The position numbers were made by a program, and so were the translations under genes. A DNA stretch of 64,000 nt from a virus, in the IMG/VR virus record IMGVR_UViG_3300042887_003609, positions 1-64,000 of that record; one strand, written 5' to 3'. The notes under the pieces were generated by a model. That model did no database searches. It saw nothing but the letters and a program-made list of their open reading frames with translations, and was not told the DNA's origin. Shown here in pieces: positions 19,101 through 30,193 of the stretch (position 1 is its first letter; the number at the start of each line of letters is the position of its first letter).

Positions 19101-22100
19101 ACATATGCTTCAGCCGTAGATGGAAGATTTAATTCAATAAGAGTTTGTTTAAGAACTTCTTCTTTATCTATTAAATTATCAACATCATACATTTCATATA
19201 TTTCTTCTTCACTATAACCCATCTCAAACAAGCTTTCAAATTCATCATCAATTTGCTTCTCAAATTTCTTTTCTACTTCAGCAAATTTTAATCTAAACTC
19301 TCTAGTTTTAAATTGAGATTTTAAAAACTCTTCAAATCTATCAGATTTTCCAGTAGCAGTACCAAACTCTATAAACTCAGTTTTACCTTTTATTTTCTTT
19401 TTGTAAAATTCTTTGAACATAGAATACAATTTATCTACGTCAAAGTCATGTCCTGTTACTTCAACCATTTCAGCTGGAGCTACAATGCTAGAAGAATAGA
19501 ACACAGGTAAGAAATCTACTATTTTATAATTTTGAGAAGAGTGTTTATCTTGAGAAGGAATACGTGTTGCAAAGAAATCTGTAACTACATCTGGAGCAAA
19601 ACCATTTGCGCTAATGTAATCCATTATATCTTTAGATAATGGAGGAACCATTACCTCAGCATAAGTACCTGTAATGTTACCTTTAGTATCGTATACTTTT
19701 TGATTATGTCTTAATCGATCAAAGTATACATCACCTACTTGAACATTACGTTCTTCAGCATCAGTAACTGTCTTTTTATTTTCTAACTTATTAGTAAACT
19801 TAGACATTTCTGATTGAGGTACTACTCTTGTTTCAATACTACCATTTGGATAAATCTTAACAACTTCTCTAAGTACATCAAATCCTAAATCAGAAACAAG
19901 TGTTAAAGAATCACCTTTTACTTTTTGATTAGTAACAGATCTAAAATATGAAAAGAAGAACTCAATAAATTTACCTTCTGTAATAATATTATTTAAATTA
20001 TATTTAGGTTGTCCTGTTTCTTCATCAACAGAAAACATACTTATCAACTGTGAAGATCCACCTGATGCTTCAAGTGTTTCTTTAGCATAATTAATAAACT
20101 CTTCAAGCTTAGGAGTTATTCTGTTTTCATTTATAGAATTACCAAGTTCATGTTGTACATCTCCAAAATCAAATAACTTATTTATAGTTTTATTATAAGA
20201 TAATTCAACTTTTCTTGCAGAAGACAATTGATAAATATTTCTTAAATCCTTAATTGGTATATCTTTACCTAAATAATTAACTTCTACATCTTCATTTAAT
20301 TCAGATTCTACAATAACTTTAATCTGACTAGGATCTGTAATTTTCTTTTTACCACCTGGGTTTTCTGTTTGTAATCCCCAGTAACTATTGTCTAATTGAG
20401 TAAAATAGTTATTATCAGCTGTATTTATAGTTTCAGTTAAGTTATCACCATTTTCACCAAATACATTTGACTTCTTCATTTTAATTGAAGATGCTGGAGC
20501 AGCAAAAGCAAAAGTTTCGGGAGTTTCTCTTTCAAATCTTTCAAGTCTTTCTCTAAGATTATGCAAAAATTCTCTACCTGGTTTAGCTTGCCAACCATCT
20601 TTTGTTTTATTAGAAGTTAATTCTTTAGTTAATAAAGCAACAGATGTTTTAATGTAGTTTTGTTTATCATCATAGTATACAAGTTTTAAAGAATTAAACT
20701 TTGCATCATAATCAAACATACCTGCTACATTTTTGCTACCAAAATATTTACTTGAAGTAATAGGTACACCAGCTTCTATATCATCTAAGAAAGCAGCCAC
20801 TTGTTTATTCAAACGTCCAAGACCCCATAATGTATAACGTAATCCTTTAACTGTGGTATAAGTTTGACCATCAGCTCTTTCAATTTCTTTTTTGCTAGCG
20901 TTAGTAGATCTTACAGTAGGTTCATTAAATACAAGAATGTGTGACTTATCTGATTTATGGTTTATACCATATTCAGGTGCAGTAAATGTACTAGCAATAT
21001 TAATAAATGCAGCATTCATACCTTTAGCACGTTTGAAAGCATCAATAGCATCTTTAATACCTACAGTCTCATCTCCAATAGTTAAATTATTATAGAATAA
21101 AGTATTGTAATAGTCATTTAAAAATACTTGAGCTAAGTTAAATCTAACATTACCTTCTCTTAAATTTATATTGTCATCAACCTTAGTAATTTTATCACTT
21201 AAAAGTTCGTTATCATAAATCTTTTTATTTGCTTTAATTACACCTAAACTTTCTAAAACATTTAAGAAATCATCAACCTGACTTTCAAAATAATCTGCAA
21301 TTTGACCAGTTAAATTTAAAGCAAAGTTTTTATCTTTAAATATTTCAGAAGTAGTAGTTTCATTTAATAAAGTATCATATAAAGTACTTCCATTCATCAT
21401 AAGAAGTTCTTTCATAGATGGACTAAAATCAATACCTCTTTTCTTACCAGTATGATAACCTTCAATTACTTCACCACCATTCTTAATATAAGCATCTTTA
21501 CCAATTTCTTCAATCTGTCTAATCTCTTCTCTAGTTTTTTCAATTCTTTTAAGTTGTCTTAAAATTTCTTGAGCAATACTATTAGTAAAATCTTTATTAA
21601 ACACATAACCTCTAGAAGCTTTATTATCTTGTGTTATAGTTTTTATAACGGGTAATTCTATAAACTCAGCAGTACTAGATGCTTCAAGAATACGTGTAAG
21701 AACAGGTGCTCTAAACGCACTTCCCATTATGCCATCTTCTTTTTGATAGTTCTGATAATAAGTACCATTAATAGCATTATCAATCATGAAAAGCATAAGA
21801 TCTCTAGGTGAGAATTTTTTATAGGCTTTAGCTTGAGATAATTTATTTGACTCTAATTTTTTATTTTGATTACCTTTATCATCTAAAGTTGATTCTTTTA
21901 ATTCACCAATACGTTTAGTAATAAACTGGGGACTTAATGCTAAATTCTTAAACTCTAGGTTATTAAATAAAGGATTATATCTTAAATCATCCGGAAGATC
22001 TTCAGCTTTAACATCTTTGTTTTTAAGAACAAGATCTTTAATTTTTGTTAATATTCTTCTATTAAATGTAGGTATTTGATAATTCCAAATCTTATCTCCA

Positions 22101-25100
22101 TTCTCCCTACTAAATGTAGTAGTTGAAACAGTTTCATCAAACTTAGTACTACCTTTAGCTATTTTGTACAAACGAGATATATTATCAATATCTGTTTTTA
22201 AAGGTGCTCCTGAATTAAATTCAGTAGTAGCATCAGATTGATCATTATCTTCTAACTCTTCATCTTCTTCTGTAACAGTGTTACTTAATTCTACTTTAAT
22301 AAATGGATTCTTTCCTGCATTTAAAGAACTCTTAATCCAGTTTATATCTTCATCTGTAATAACAGATTCTAATATATCTTCAGATGAAGTATAAAGAACT
22401 TTTAAATAATTTTGAGTATCAGATGTATACGAAGACTTGTTTAACTCAAAAGAAGCTATAAATCCTTTACTATTTTCTAAAGCTGATAAAACAATGTAGT
22501 CAGGTTTTAAAGTAATACCTAAAGTATCATAAATATTTTTAGATATAACGTTTGCTTGATTAGTTAAATCAATAATATCAGCGTCACTTAAAATTTCTTT
22601 ATCATCAAAATTTAATACTTCATTTTCGGAAATATAAAACTTTAAAGTATCTAATGCAATATTAGATTTAGAAATTAAAGATTCTCTTTCATCAGGCTTA
22701 TTAACAAACTTAGTGTAGAAAATAGAATTAAAAGCATTAGACCAAATACTAAACTGTAACTGAGCAGCTCCTTTTTGATTTGAGTTAAATATTTTAATTG
22801 CATTATTTCTACCTTTAAGCATTGTAACATATGGAGTACTTTGTAAGTATCCCATAGATTTATAGAACAATACCGCAATGTTTGCTTTACTTGGGTTACT
22901 TAAAGAAACAGTTTCATCTGAATCATTTAATATAATACCAGCTTCGTTAAACAATCTATTTACTGCAGCATTAATATGAGGATTATTAGAACTTAAATTT
23001 CTAAGTCTACTGTAAAAATCATATTCATTTACAGAACCTGCAGTTAAACTAAGAATACTATCATATACAGCTTTTGCATCAATAGCTTGTAATAAAGGTT
23101 CTCCTTCTACAAGTTCCGTATTACCAAATTCATCTGATGCTCTTAATGTAGTTGTAGCTAAGAAAGATTTAATGTATGTAGGAAGATTACCAAAACCACC
23201 AATTTCTTCAGCTGTTTTATCAAAGTCTTCAGCTCCTCTTAAACCAAACTCAAGTTCTTTAATTGAATCAGCTAAATTCTCATCTGTAATTTCTTTTACT
23301 TTTCTAATTGTAGATAAGTGTTGTCTTACAGATTCCTTTAACTCAGCAGTATTATTTTCTAATACACTTTCATAAACTAAAAACTTTTCTGCTTCAATAG
23401 ATCCTTCATCAAGATTTACATAAGCTGAAGTTTCACTATCAGAATCATATAAGTTTGTATAGTCTTCAAGAGTTTTATCTAATAATTTTAAAAGACTTAA
23501 ATTATCAGGATTATTATTTTCAAATCTATCTAATACAGTAGATGCAATAGATGATGTAAGATTAATTACATCAGCACTTGCCATGTATTTTACTACTTTT
23601 ACAATTTGCCCAGAAGCATCCATTTGAAAATCAGTTTGATTTTTAAGGATAATTGCTTTTAAAGCAGGTTCAGTAATACCATATTCTAAAGCTTGCTGAG
23701 TAAATACGTTCTTTTGTACAGGAGCAGATTTAAACTGTGCGCTATTAATTCTGTTAAATAAAGTATCTACAGAGTTTTTAGTATATCTGTTAAATACAGA
23801 TTTAATAAGATTAGCTAGTTTATAAAAGAATCCTTTAACTCCAGAATAGTTATTAGTAGTCTGCTGTTGAGTATCATTTAATTTTTTATACTCTTGGAAT
23901 CTATCAGCAAGATGCTCTTCAAACAATCTCTTTTCTAATTGAGATCTTGACATCTTGTTGTAGAATTCCGGATTTGTAGCTACCATATCAGCAATAGCTG
24001 AACTAAGTTGTCTACCTTCTTTCTTTAATTTAGCATATACTTCTTTCTTAGCTTGATCTAAATAATAATTTATTTCATTATCAGTTAAGAATAATCTAAA
24101 TACAGAGTGAAATGCTTCGTGATATTTAAAAGGTGCATCTTTAGATGTTCTGATTACACCACGTATTCCTTCAATACCTAAATCAATATTTTCAAGATGT
24201 GCATAGAACTGTCCCACTGTTACATTACCTGATAACATTTTGTTATTAAGGTTTAATGTATCATCTACAGTTATAATACCTCCTGGAAGATTTGCATTTA
24301 ACCAAGAAATGAATTGATCAAGATCATCTACATCATCCTTAGACCAACTTTGTGAGTCTTTATTAGCAGCATTATTAAGTAGATACTGAAAATATACTTG
24401 TCTAAGATTTACAAGTTTTTTATATTCAGGGTCTTGATCTAGAATTTTAGTTCTTTCACTCTTAGTTTTACCTTTTAATTCTTCAGCTTTTAACTGTTGA
24501 ATTTTTAAAATTCTTTCATCAATTGTTTCACGTAAAGAAACTACTTTAGCAATTTCAATAGTTGCTGGATTATCTGGTATATCTGATGTTAAAGAAGTTT
24601 GACCACCATCTTTTTTAACTTCTTTTTTACTACTATTATCTCTTAGACTAGTATTTGTTTTACCATCACCTTGAACATTTATTCCTGGTGCTTGAATATC
24701 TGATGCTGAAGAAAAACTAATATTAATAGCCCCTGGTTTAATAACTTCTGGTGCTACTGATGTTACCATTGTAGATAAAATATTTTTAACATTATCTACA
24801 TTTACCTCTTTAGGGAACCCTTTTCTAATAGTATCTTTTAGTTTATTTACATCAGCTTTAGTGATTGATTTTTGTCGAACACTTTGTTTATAAAATTTAC
24901 CACTAGCATTTAAATTTAAACCTGGAATTCTTAATGTTAAATTATTATTAGGATTTAAATTAATAGCTAAAGCTTTTTCTAATACTTTAGTTAAAAGATC
25001 ATCTAATGATTTTACTTCATCATAAATAACAATTTTAAAGTCTTTACCATTAGCACCTTTCATAAAACTTTCAACATAACTAAACTGAAAATTTCCTTGA

Positions 25101-28100
25101 TTAGTTATTTCCAATTTAAAATCAATACCTCCATCTGCAGTTTTATTTAAAGCAAAAAATAATTCATCTTTTATTCTATTATTTATAGACAGGTTAGCAT
25201 CTGCTTTATTTATTTCTGCTGGTTTACCATCTTCATCATAAATAACATTTTCTTTTCTAAGTCTATTAGCTTCTTTAATTATATCATTAAATAAGTCTGT
25301 AGTATCTTTAGCAGTTGCCTTACCTGGTCTAAGTTCTATAAACTTATATGTACCATTTGGTATTTTAACTACTAATACATATCTACCTAATGTTTTTGTA
25401 GCATCTTCATAATAAGAAAGACCTTTGTCTTTAACTTGTGTATTAATAGCTTTTCTTATTTCTTCAGCTTCTTGAGGTGTTACATTTTTAGTAATAATTT
25501 TTTCAACTTTAGTTTTAGTTTCTGGATTCTCAAATCTGTCAATTAAATAAATACCATTTTTATTATTTACATATTTGTATTTAAGATCACTAAAATTAGT
25601 AACATTACCACCTGTTAAATACTTATAAGAACCTACGCCTACTTTTGCATAAATATCAGATACAGAATCATACGGTATAACTGTTTCAGGTTTATTTTTA
25701 GATCTAGTTATTAACTCATTTATAAATGCAGAATAAGCGCTAAAAGATTTTTGAAAACCGTCAACAGTTTTTAAACTTTCTATATTAGTAAAAAATATAG
25801 ATTTGTATAGATCACTTGTCATTTGATTAACAGTGATTTCTTTACCTTCTTCATTATAAAATTTAAATGAATTTGGGTTTCTTAAATATCCTACAGTTAC
25901 ACCATTAATCTGTACACCAATTTCATATTCTTCAGACTGATATGCTATTCTATTATTTTTAACACCTTCCTGATTAGTTACAAAATAATTTAATACTGGG
26001 TTAGTAACTTTATTTTTTCTTACAACAAATTTTATTTTAGAAAGTAATTCATCTTTTGGAGTTGTTATTAATAAAGACTCAAACTCAGATTTTAATTCAG
26101 GGTTTTTAGTCCATACTGAATTATAAACCGTAAAAACTTCATTAGGAGAAGCTTTGGGTAAAAGTTCTAAACTAGATGGAGATTCTCCTTTTAAATAAAA
26201 ACCATCTAATGTTTTTACTTTAAAGTAATTACCCACGGGTCTTCCTTTTTCTAGTTTAATTAATAAGAAAGTACCGTCTTTTTCAATGTTAGCTAACTGA
26301 TAAGTTACAGGTTTATTGTCAGTATCTCTTTTTTCAAGAATATCATTTATCTTAAACTTCTTATCTTGTGTAAATACATCTTTTCCTTTTTTAGGTTCAG
26401 TTACTAATAAAGTTTGTTTGTCTCTTAAATCAGTTAATAAAGTACTAATATCTTTTTCTACTATAGGTCTTATCTGTGTAGTATCTTTATCTATAACCAT
26501 TATAGCATTACCTTCTTTATTAAGGAAAGTATAACCTACTGAAGCACCTGCTTTATTTTTTAATTCTACAAATCTTAATTTATTTATAAGATTCAATAAA
26601 CCAGGATTATTAATAATAAGCTTAAGATCATCTTCAGAAAGTTGAGCATCTACAAAAGATACAGTTTCCGGTAATGGAACACCCACGGTTGTTTCTGAAG
26701 TTTCAGTTTCTACAGGTTTATATATATTAACTACGTCTTGTAATTCTAAACCATAGTCAGAAACTAATTTTGCAACTCTAGGATCTTGACCAAAATATTC
26801 AGAAGTTACATACTTTAAAATAAGATCAGGTTTATTCTTTATTATAAGACTATCAGTAGAAGATATAGGCATTACAACATATGACCCAGACTTAGTTGAT
26901 GATAAAAGATTTTTAAATGCATTCATAAAAGCATTTAATCTTTGAATTTGCTCATTACCATCTACATACTGTTGTATTGTAGCACCACCTTTTTGCTCAT
27001 CACTTAATTGAGCAAAACTATTTTCAGCAAACTCTTTAACCTTTACATCTAATTCATCATAAGAGACATTCTTAAATGTAATTGGTTTTTTAGATTGAGA
27101 TTTTTTAGTTGGAGGCTCTTGATTTTTTTTTCTTGCTTCTTCTTCTTTTGCAGCTTGCTCTTTAGTTAAATTATCAAAATCTAAAATTAATCTTTCTACT
27201 TCTTTAAATCTTGGATCTGATTTACTAAAAGTTCTTTGTGTTTTTTGATCAACAAATTTAACATCTGGATCAGTTAACAAAAAAGTTTTAAATGCTTCAT
27301 AACCTTTTGGAATATCTGTAGGTATAGTTGCTTTATCTATAATGAAATTATTATCATCAAGATAGTTTATAAGTTCATTTGTTTTAGCATCTGAAAGAAA
27401 CTCTTTAAAGCTTTCTTTCATAAAGTCAGCTCTTTTTTCTTCAAATGCTTTTCTTGCTTTTATTCTTCTATTTACTTCATTGTAAAATCCTACTGGATCA
27501 GTAAGACTATTTACTGCTTCTGTAAATCTACCTAAATCTTTATTAAGAGCTAAGTAATCTATAAAGTAAGTATATGCTTTTTCAAGATCTGCTTTAATAA
27601 AAGTTTTATTATTATTTTCAGCAAGTTGATTCATGTACTTTACAAAAGCATCTTTAATCCATCTTGCTTTTTCTAATTCAGTTTTATCTTCAATAGACTC
27701 TATCTTCTCAAAATGTTTTTTAAACTGTTCTAAAGCTTTTAGTTTTTTAGATTTATTTTCAGTTTGTTTTTTAAGAGCTGGATCAGTTACATCTTTTGAA
27801 GTTTCAATTTCTTGAGATAAGATATCTATTTCAGTCTGAAGATCTGTAACACTTAATAAAGGTAATACATCACTAAAGGCTATATCACCAAGATTACTAA
27901 TCTCTGTAATATTATTACTTAAATCTTGTAAACGTTTAGAAACTAAATCTATATTATGTAAACTAAAAGTAGCAATCTTTCTAGCATCTTCAAATCCTTG
28001 ATAACCAATTCTTTCTGTTTGAAATTGTTTAAAAGATTCAGGATCTTTTATAGATTCTAAAGTATATTTATTTGGATTAAAAGGATTTTTATATTCAGAA

Positions 28101-30184
28101 AATTGTTCATACTGAGATTTAATTTGATTAGCTCTTGATATGGCAACATCAAGAACTTTCTTAGCTTCCTCTTCAGTTACATCATCAGATAATTCAAATG
28201 CTTCTTTTAACTCAGCACCATTCATCTGTTTCATGTCTTCTAATTTCTGTTGTAAGAAATTAAACTTACCAGTTTCCAGTGCAGTATAAATACTATTAAA
28301 TCTAGCAGCATCTTTAATATCATGGAATGCTTTTTCATCAAATGATTTTAAAGCATCTACCATATCAGCACCTGCTCTTATTTGAACTAATAAGTTTTCA
28401 AAGTCAGGAGTTAATATCTTATTACCTTTTTGAATTGCTTCATTTAATTCATCAGCAATTGCATTAAATCTTTTTGTTTCTTCATCAAAAAGTTGTTTGT
28501 ATTTAGCAGGATCTTTTTTCTCATAGTACTTTTGGATGGTAGCTACTTTAGCACCTGACATTGCAGCACCTGATATTCCTGCTAAACCACCCATTAAAAA
28601 TCCAGAAAGAAATGTTTCAACACCTTGTCCAGATGCTTGAGCTTTAAGATTTTCAAAAGCATCAGTTAAATAAAGATTAACTCCACCAGCTTCAGGTGTT
28701 CTGTAAAGTCTTTCAAAATAATCAGTAGAAGCACCTCCAATAATTTCTTGAGATGTTTCTTGTATACCTTCAGCTAAGTTAGCAGCAAAATATCTTCTAG
28801 TAAAATCTAAATATTCTTTTGGTTTAGTAAAACCTTTAAGAGCAAGTTTAGTATTTTCAGCTAACCCTGCAGTTATTTTAGCTTCACCAGTAACTGGATC
28901 AATAATTAATTTTCTACCGGTTTTAGAACTTTGAGTTACTAATTTATCAGTAGATTTAACAAGAGCAGTCTTACCACCTTTAAATAAGTTATCAAATGTA
29001 ATACCATTTGTAAGATAGATAAGTGGTGCATTTATCATGCCTGTAGTAAAACCGGCATCTTCTGCTAATTGATAAATTTTATTAAGATCTTCTTCTTCAG
29101 GATAATAACCTTTTTCGTTAATAAATTCTTGAACTCTTTTATCAATAAATTCATTTTTAATCATACCACCTTCAAGAGATGATTCAGAAGTAGTATATGA
29201 TATCTGTTTAACATCCTTTACAAAATCACCAACTCCTCTGGCTACTTGAGCTAGGTCTGTAATTTGACTATTACCTTTGATTAGATTAGATATATTTGTA
29301 ACAGTGTTAGGAGCCAAATTTTTAACACCTTGAGATAACATAGATACTCCACCGTCAACTATATTTGCAACTTTAGCAGTTCTAACTGTATTATAAACTT
29401 CTCTAGCTGTATTAGCACTAGCTAATTTTCTTAAATCTGCAATACGTTTTGCTAACTGTGCAGTCTTAGCAGTAGAAGCAGCAATAGCTCCAGGTAAAGC
29501 AATACCTTCAGATAAAGCAGTGATACCAGCTAATGCTGCTTCAGTTGCAATATAATCAGCAGTAATGCCTGCAATGATACCTGATTGTAAAACTAAATTA
29601 CTTGTAAAGCCTGTAACACCACCTTTAGTGCTACCATACTTTGCCATAATTTCTTCAAACTCATTTGCTCCTTGTTCATCTGTAAAACTAAAATCACCTG
29701 AAAACATATCACCAAGTGATCTATAGCCAGACTTTACAAATGATGCACCTAAGTGTGGAATGTGTGAAGCACCTCTCCATAAATCTTGATACCAAGATCT
29801 ATTTGCGTTATATACTTCTTCATTATTTGCAATTGGATTAAACCCTAATTTATAAAAATTATCAGAGTCATTATAGTATCTATCAAAGTTTGTTTGTTTA
29901 TAACCTGATGCAAAACTATAAGGTTTAGCAGCTTGAAAAGCCATTTGTTCTGGAGTAGCTCCATTCTCTTGAGTCTTCTTAAAAAACTCAAAAGGATTAT
30001 TATTATTATATTCTACATCCACTACACCAGATGGTGTTGGAATTGCAGGAATACTAGTATCAAAATTAACCGGTACTAAATTATCTATTGGGTTAGGTGT
30101 TTGAAAATTAAACTCAGGGTTCATTCCTACACCTTCACCAAATGCAGGCGGAATGTTTAAATTACCGTTCTCAAAATCTTGCAT
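16133..30184 (-). CDS. Virion RNA polymerase (crAss-like double-psi beta-barrel) fused to zincin and N-terminal TM-bearing regions
   Basis: Catalytic GHDFDVDKLY (DFDVD at 19433-19447), TRIPSQ, ADGQ, TDNAK; HEAFH at 24107-24121 with downstream EEHLAD. Confidence 0.9.
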   Translation of the reverse strand: MQDFENGNLNIPPAFGEGVGMNPEFNFQTPNPIDNLVPVNFDTSIPAIPTPSGVVDVEYNNNNPFEFFKKTQENGATPEQMAFQAAKPYSFASGYKQTNFDRYYNDSDNFYKLGFNPIANNEEVYNANRSWYQDLWRGASHIPHLGASFVKSGYRSLGDMFSGDFSFTDEQGANEFEEIMAKYGSTKGGVTGFTSNLVLQSGIIAGITADYIATEAALAGITALSEGIALPGAIAASTAKTAQLAKRIADLRKLASANTAREVYNTVRTAKVANIVDGGVSMLSQGVKNLAPNTVTNISNLIKGNSQITDLAQVARGVGDFVKDVKQISYTTSESSLEGGMIKNEFIDKRVQEFINEKGYYPEEEDLNKIYQLAEDAGFTTGMINAPLIYLTNGITFDNLFKGGKTALVKSTDKLVTQSSKTGRKLIIDPVTGEAKITAGLAENTKLALKGFTKPKEYLDFTRRYFAANLAEGIQETSQEIIGGASTDYFERLYRTPEAGGVNLYLTDAFENLKAQASGQGVETFLSGFLMGGLAGISGAAMSGAKVATIQKYYEKKDPAKYKQLFDEETKRFNAIADELNEAIQKGNKILTPDFENLLVQIRAGADMVDALKSFDEKAFHDIKDAARFNSIYTALETGKFNFLQQKLEDMKQMNGAELKEAFELSDDVTEEEAKKVLDVAISRANQIKSQYEQFSEYKNPFNPNKYTLESIKDPESFKQFQTERIGYQGFEDARKIATFSLHNIDLVSKRLQDLSNNITEISNLGDIAFSDVLPLLSVTDLQTEIDILSQEIETSKDVTDPALKKQTENKSKKLKALEQFKKHFEKIESIEDKTELEKARWIKDAFVKYMNQLAENNNKTFIKADLEKAYTYFIDYLALNKDLGRFTEAVNSLTDPVGFYNEVNRRIKARKAFEEKRADFMKESFKEFLSDAKTNELINYLDDNNFIIDKATIPTDIPKGYEAFKTFLLTDPDVKFVDQKTQRTFSKSDPRFKEVERLILDFDNLTKEQAAKEEEARKKNQEPPTKKSQSKKPITFKNVSYDELDVKVKEFAENSFAQLSDEQKGGATIQQYVDGNEQIQRLNAFMNAFKNLLSSTKSGSYVVMPISSTDSLIIKNKPDLILKYVTSEYFGQDPRVAKLVSDYGLELQDVVNIYKPVETETSETTVGVPLPETVSFVDAQLSEDDLKLIINNPGLLNLINKLRFVELKNKAGASVGYTFLNKEGNAIMVIDKDTTQIRPIVEKDISTLLTDLRDKQTLLVTEPKKGKDVFTQDKKFKINDILEKRDTDNKPVTYQLANIEKDGTFLLIKLEKGRPVGNYFKVKTLDGFYLKGESPSSLELLPKASPNEVFTVYNSVWTKNPELKSEFESLLITTPKDELLSKIKFVVRKNKVTNPVLNYFVTNQEGVKNNRIAYQSEEYEIGVQINGVTVGYLRNPNSFKFYNEEGKEITVNQMTSDLYKSIFFTNIESLKTVDGFQKSFSAYSAFINELITRSKNKPETVIPYDSVSDIYAKVGVGSYKYLTGGNVTNFSDLKYKYVNNKNGIYLIDRFENPETKTKVEKIITKNVTPQEAEEIRKAINTQVKDKGLSYYEDATKTLGRYVLVVKIPNGTYKFIELRPGKATAKDTTDLFNDIIKEANRLRKENVIYDEDGKPAEINKADANLSINNRIKDELFFALNKTADGGIDFKLEITNQGNFQFSYVESFMKGANGKDFKIVIYDEVKSLDDLLTKVLEKALAINLNPNNNLTLRIPGLNLNASGKFYKQSVRQKSITKADVNKLKDTIRKGFPKEVNVDNVKNILSTMVTSVAPEVIKPGAINISFSSASDIQAPGINVQGDGKTNTSLRDNSSKKEVKKDGGQTSLTSDIPDNPATIEIAKVVSLRETIDERILKIQQLKAEELKGKTKSERTKILDQDPEYKKLVNLRQVYFQYLLNNAANKDSQSWSKDDVDDLDQFISWLNANLPGGIITVDDTLNLNNKMLSGNVTVGQFYAHLENIDLGIEGIRGVIRTSKDAPFKYHEAFHSVFRLFLTDNEINYYLDQAKKEVYAKLKKEGRQLSSAIADMVATNPEFYNKMSRSQLEKRLFEEHLADRFQEYKKLNDTQQQTTNNYSGVKGFFYKLANLIKSVFNRYTKNSVDTLFNRINSAQFKSAPVQKNVFTQQALEYGITEPALKAIILKNQTDFQMDASGQIVKVVKYMASADVINLTSSIASTVLDRFENNNPDNLSLLKLLDKTLEDYTNLYDSDSETSAYVNLDEGSIEAEKFLVYESVLENNTAELKESVRQHLSTIRKVKEITDENLADSIKELEFGLRGAEDFDKTAEEIGGFGNLPTYIKSFLATTTLRASDEFGNTELVEGEPLLQAIDAKAVYDSILSLTAGSVNEYDFYSRLRNLSSNNPHINAAVNRLFNEAGIILNDSDETVSLSNPSKANIAVLFYKSMGYLQSTPYVTMLKGRNNAIKIFNSNQKGAAQLQFSIWSNAFNSIFYTKFVNKPDERESLISKSNIALDTLKFYISENEVLNFDDKEILSDADIIDLTNQANVISKNIYDTLGITLKPDYIVLSALENSKGFIASFELNKSSYTSDTQNYLKVLYTSSEDILESVITDEDINWIKSSLNAGKNPFIKVELSNTVTEEDEELEDNDQSDATTEFNSGAPLKTDIDNISRLYKIAKGSTKFDETVSTTTFSRENGDKIWNYQIPTFNRRILTKIKDLVLKNKDVKAEDLPDDLRYNPLFNNLEFKNLALSPQFITKRIGELKESTLDDKGNQNKKLESNKLSQAKAYKKFSPRDLMLFMIDNAINGTYYQNYQKEDGIMGSAFRAPVLTRILEASSTAEFIELPVIKTITQDNKASRGYVFNKDFTNSIAQEILRQLKRIEKTREEIRQIEEIGKDAYIKNGGEVIEGYHTGKKRGIDFSPSMKELLMMNGSTLYDTLLNETTTSEIFKDKNFALNLTGQIADYFESQVDDFLNVLESLGVIKANKKIYDNELLSDKITKVDDNINLREGNVRFNLAQVFLNDYYNTLFYNNLTIGDETVGIKDAIDAFKRAKGMNAAFINIASTFTAPEYGINHKSDKSHILVFNEPTVRSTNASKKEIERADGQTYTTVKGLRYTLWGLGRLNKQVAAFLDDIEAGVPITSSKYFGSKNVAGMFDYDAKFNSLKLVYYDDKQNYIKTSVALLTKELTSNKTKDGWQAKPGREFLHNLRERLERFERETPETFAFAAPASSIKMKKSNVFGENGDNLTETINTADNNYFTQLDNSYWGLQTENPGGKKKITDPSQIKVIVESELNEDVEVNYLGKDIPIKDLRNIYQLSSARKVELSYNKTINKLFDFGDVQHELGNSINENRITPKLEEFINYAKETLEASGGSSQLISMFSVDEETGQPKYNLNNIITEGKFIEFFFSYFRSVTNQKVKGDSLTLVSDLGFDVLREVVKIYPNGSIETRVVPQSEMSKFTNKLENKKTVTDAEERNVQVGDVYFDRLRHNQKVYDTKGNITGTYAEVMVPPLSKDIMDYISANGFAPDVVTDFFATRIPSQDKHSSQNYKIVDFLPVFYSSSIVAPAEMVEVTGHDFDVDKLYSMFKEFYKKKIKGKTEFIEFGTATGKSDRFEEFLKSQFKTREFRLKFAEVEKKFEKQIDDEFESLFEMGYSEEEIYEMYDVDNLIDKEEVLKQTLIELNLPSTAEAYVKVAGENSSNIKKQIVPEILHNNIVNARRTFVSNNAVTVDTKIEGSNPISFDPANTQPFEDVIESFEKEFKDYPEFLELLDDKNFDVNSLTGKVTGFGNIMEGAEGIGPAVVMNTAFHFLNTHKVSIKNDNDKVFNLQINDKVIDSKTKKEKVISNIYRDFGTNKAGDIRKAYLLSAVVTAMTDNAKLIIASKFNLNPDAVGILSYMVALGVPFNKALKITSSNVIRDYYTALKNNNSAFKTQQEEKAAVVILEEKLKALKPENIENLILTSDDLNKGITEKDNKEVNYKLLFTWSELSKQATYATKLANIVRISQGLGKSFEDLDGLAEDIADLGLTLKGKDFAMSDETYDESSIPFIGLREAIKTKAFEVKEYIKIVQEIDKLSGFLFIRRTPLFKKLFESVKLNFKVNRRFEDKFNENLNKDLLSYLTLKAFVTNEANKGASSSYSKYLNNALIYRQLEAEQEEGFKNINAIINSLREKSPDNTFLNFLNNVPVITNVIQNKEVVTRRNLANRTNINYVETNTWASLTKPEIERLQLSIIDLYNDPNTRDEALGLLSYLMVKDGLQFKSGSFLSVMPPEILDPYLKSVNKALDLLSKQNNLTDLDSLEKVFGIIFGASPVNLIKDFITNYSKHINNSFYVRSISQIDEKKWKDIGTVPAYYPGATGEGVIRVVDSQKTKGDREYITVDMFAGTAVKYERIKTSDEGIQYQEEITEFNKEKFKDNLNFLERSGFPLKSFDKKTVIGFPFVIKQKVELGKEKRDIYYELVSVKTSLIDKGAPKDLTNYIGKGFGMAFGSGAVYRKTKQIGVKAATPLGFIFEGAIPTNESIRLDLKNLKEDIKETIEVLDLKQEEQPVVNNDEINATNAIQRLKTEFNIRQDMLTPGKYFDADGFVLVEFNGLFPEQVLSKLIKSGKSVKFEEQDSVVNSEAKEDNIKSIQNNPAETETADNSVNALGFMGGFSMDDILDEDPDLEDFKNNCKGKKKK

Positions 30185-30193
30185 AGTTCAAAA

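Noticed and set aside
16133-30184. Intein in the giant RNAP gene
   Set aside because: No convincing splice-junction motifs or LAGLIDADG domain recognised by eye
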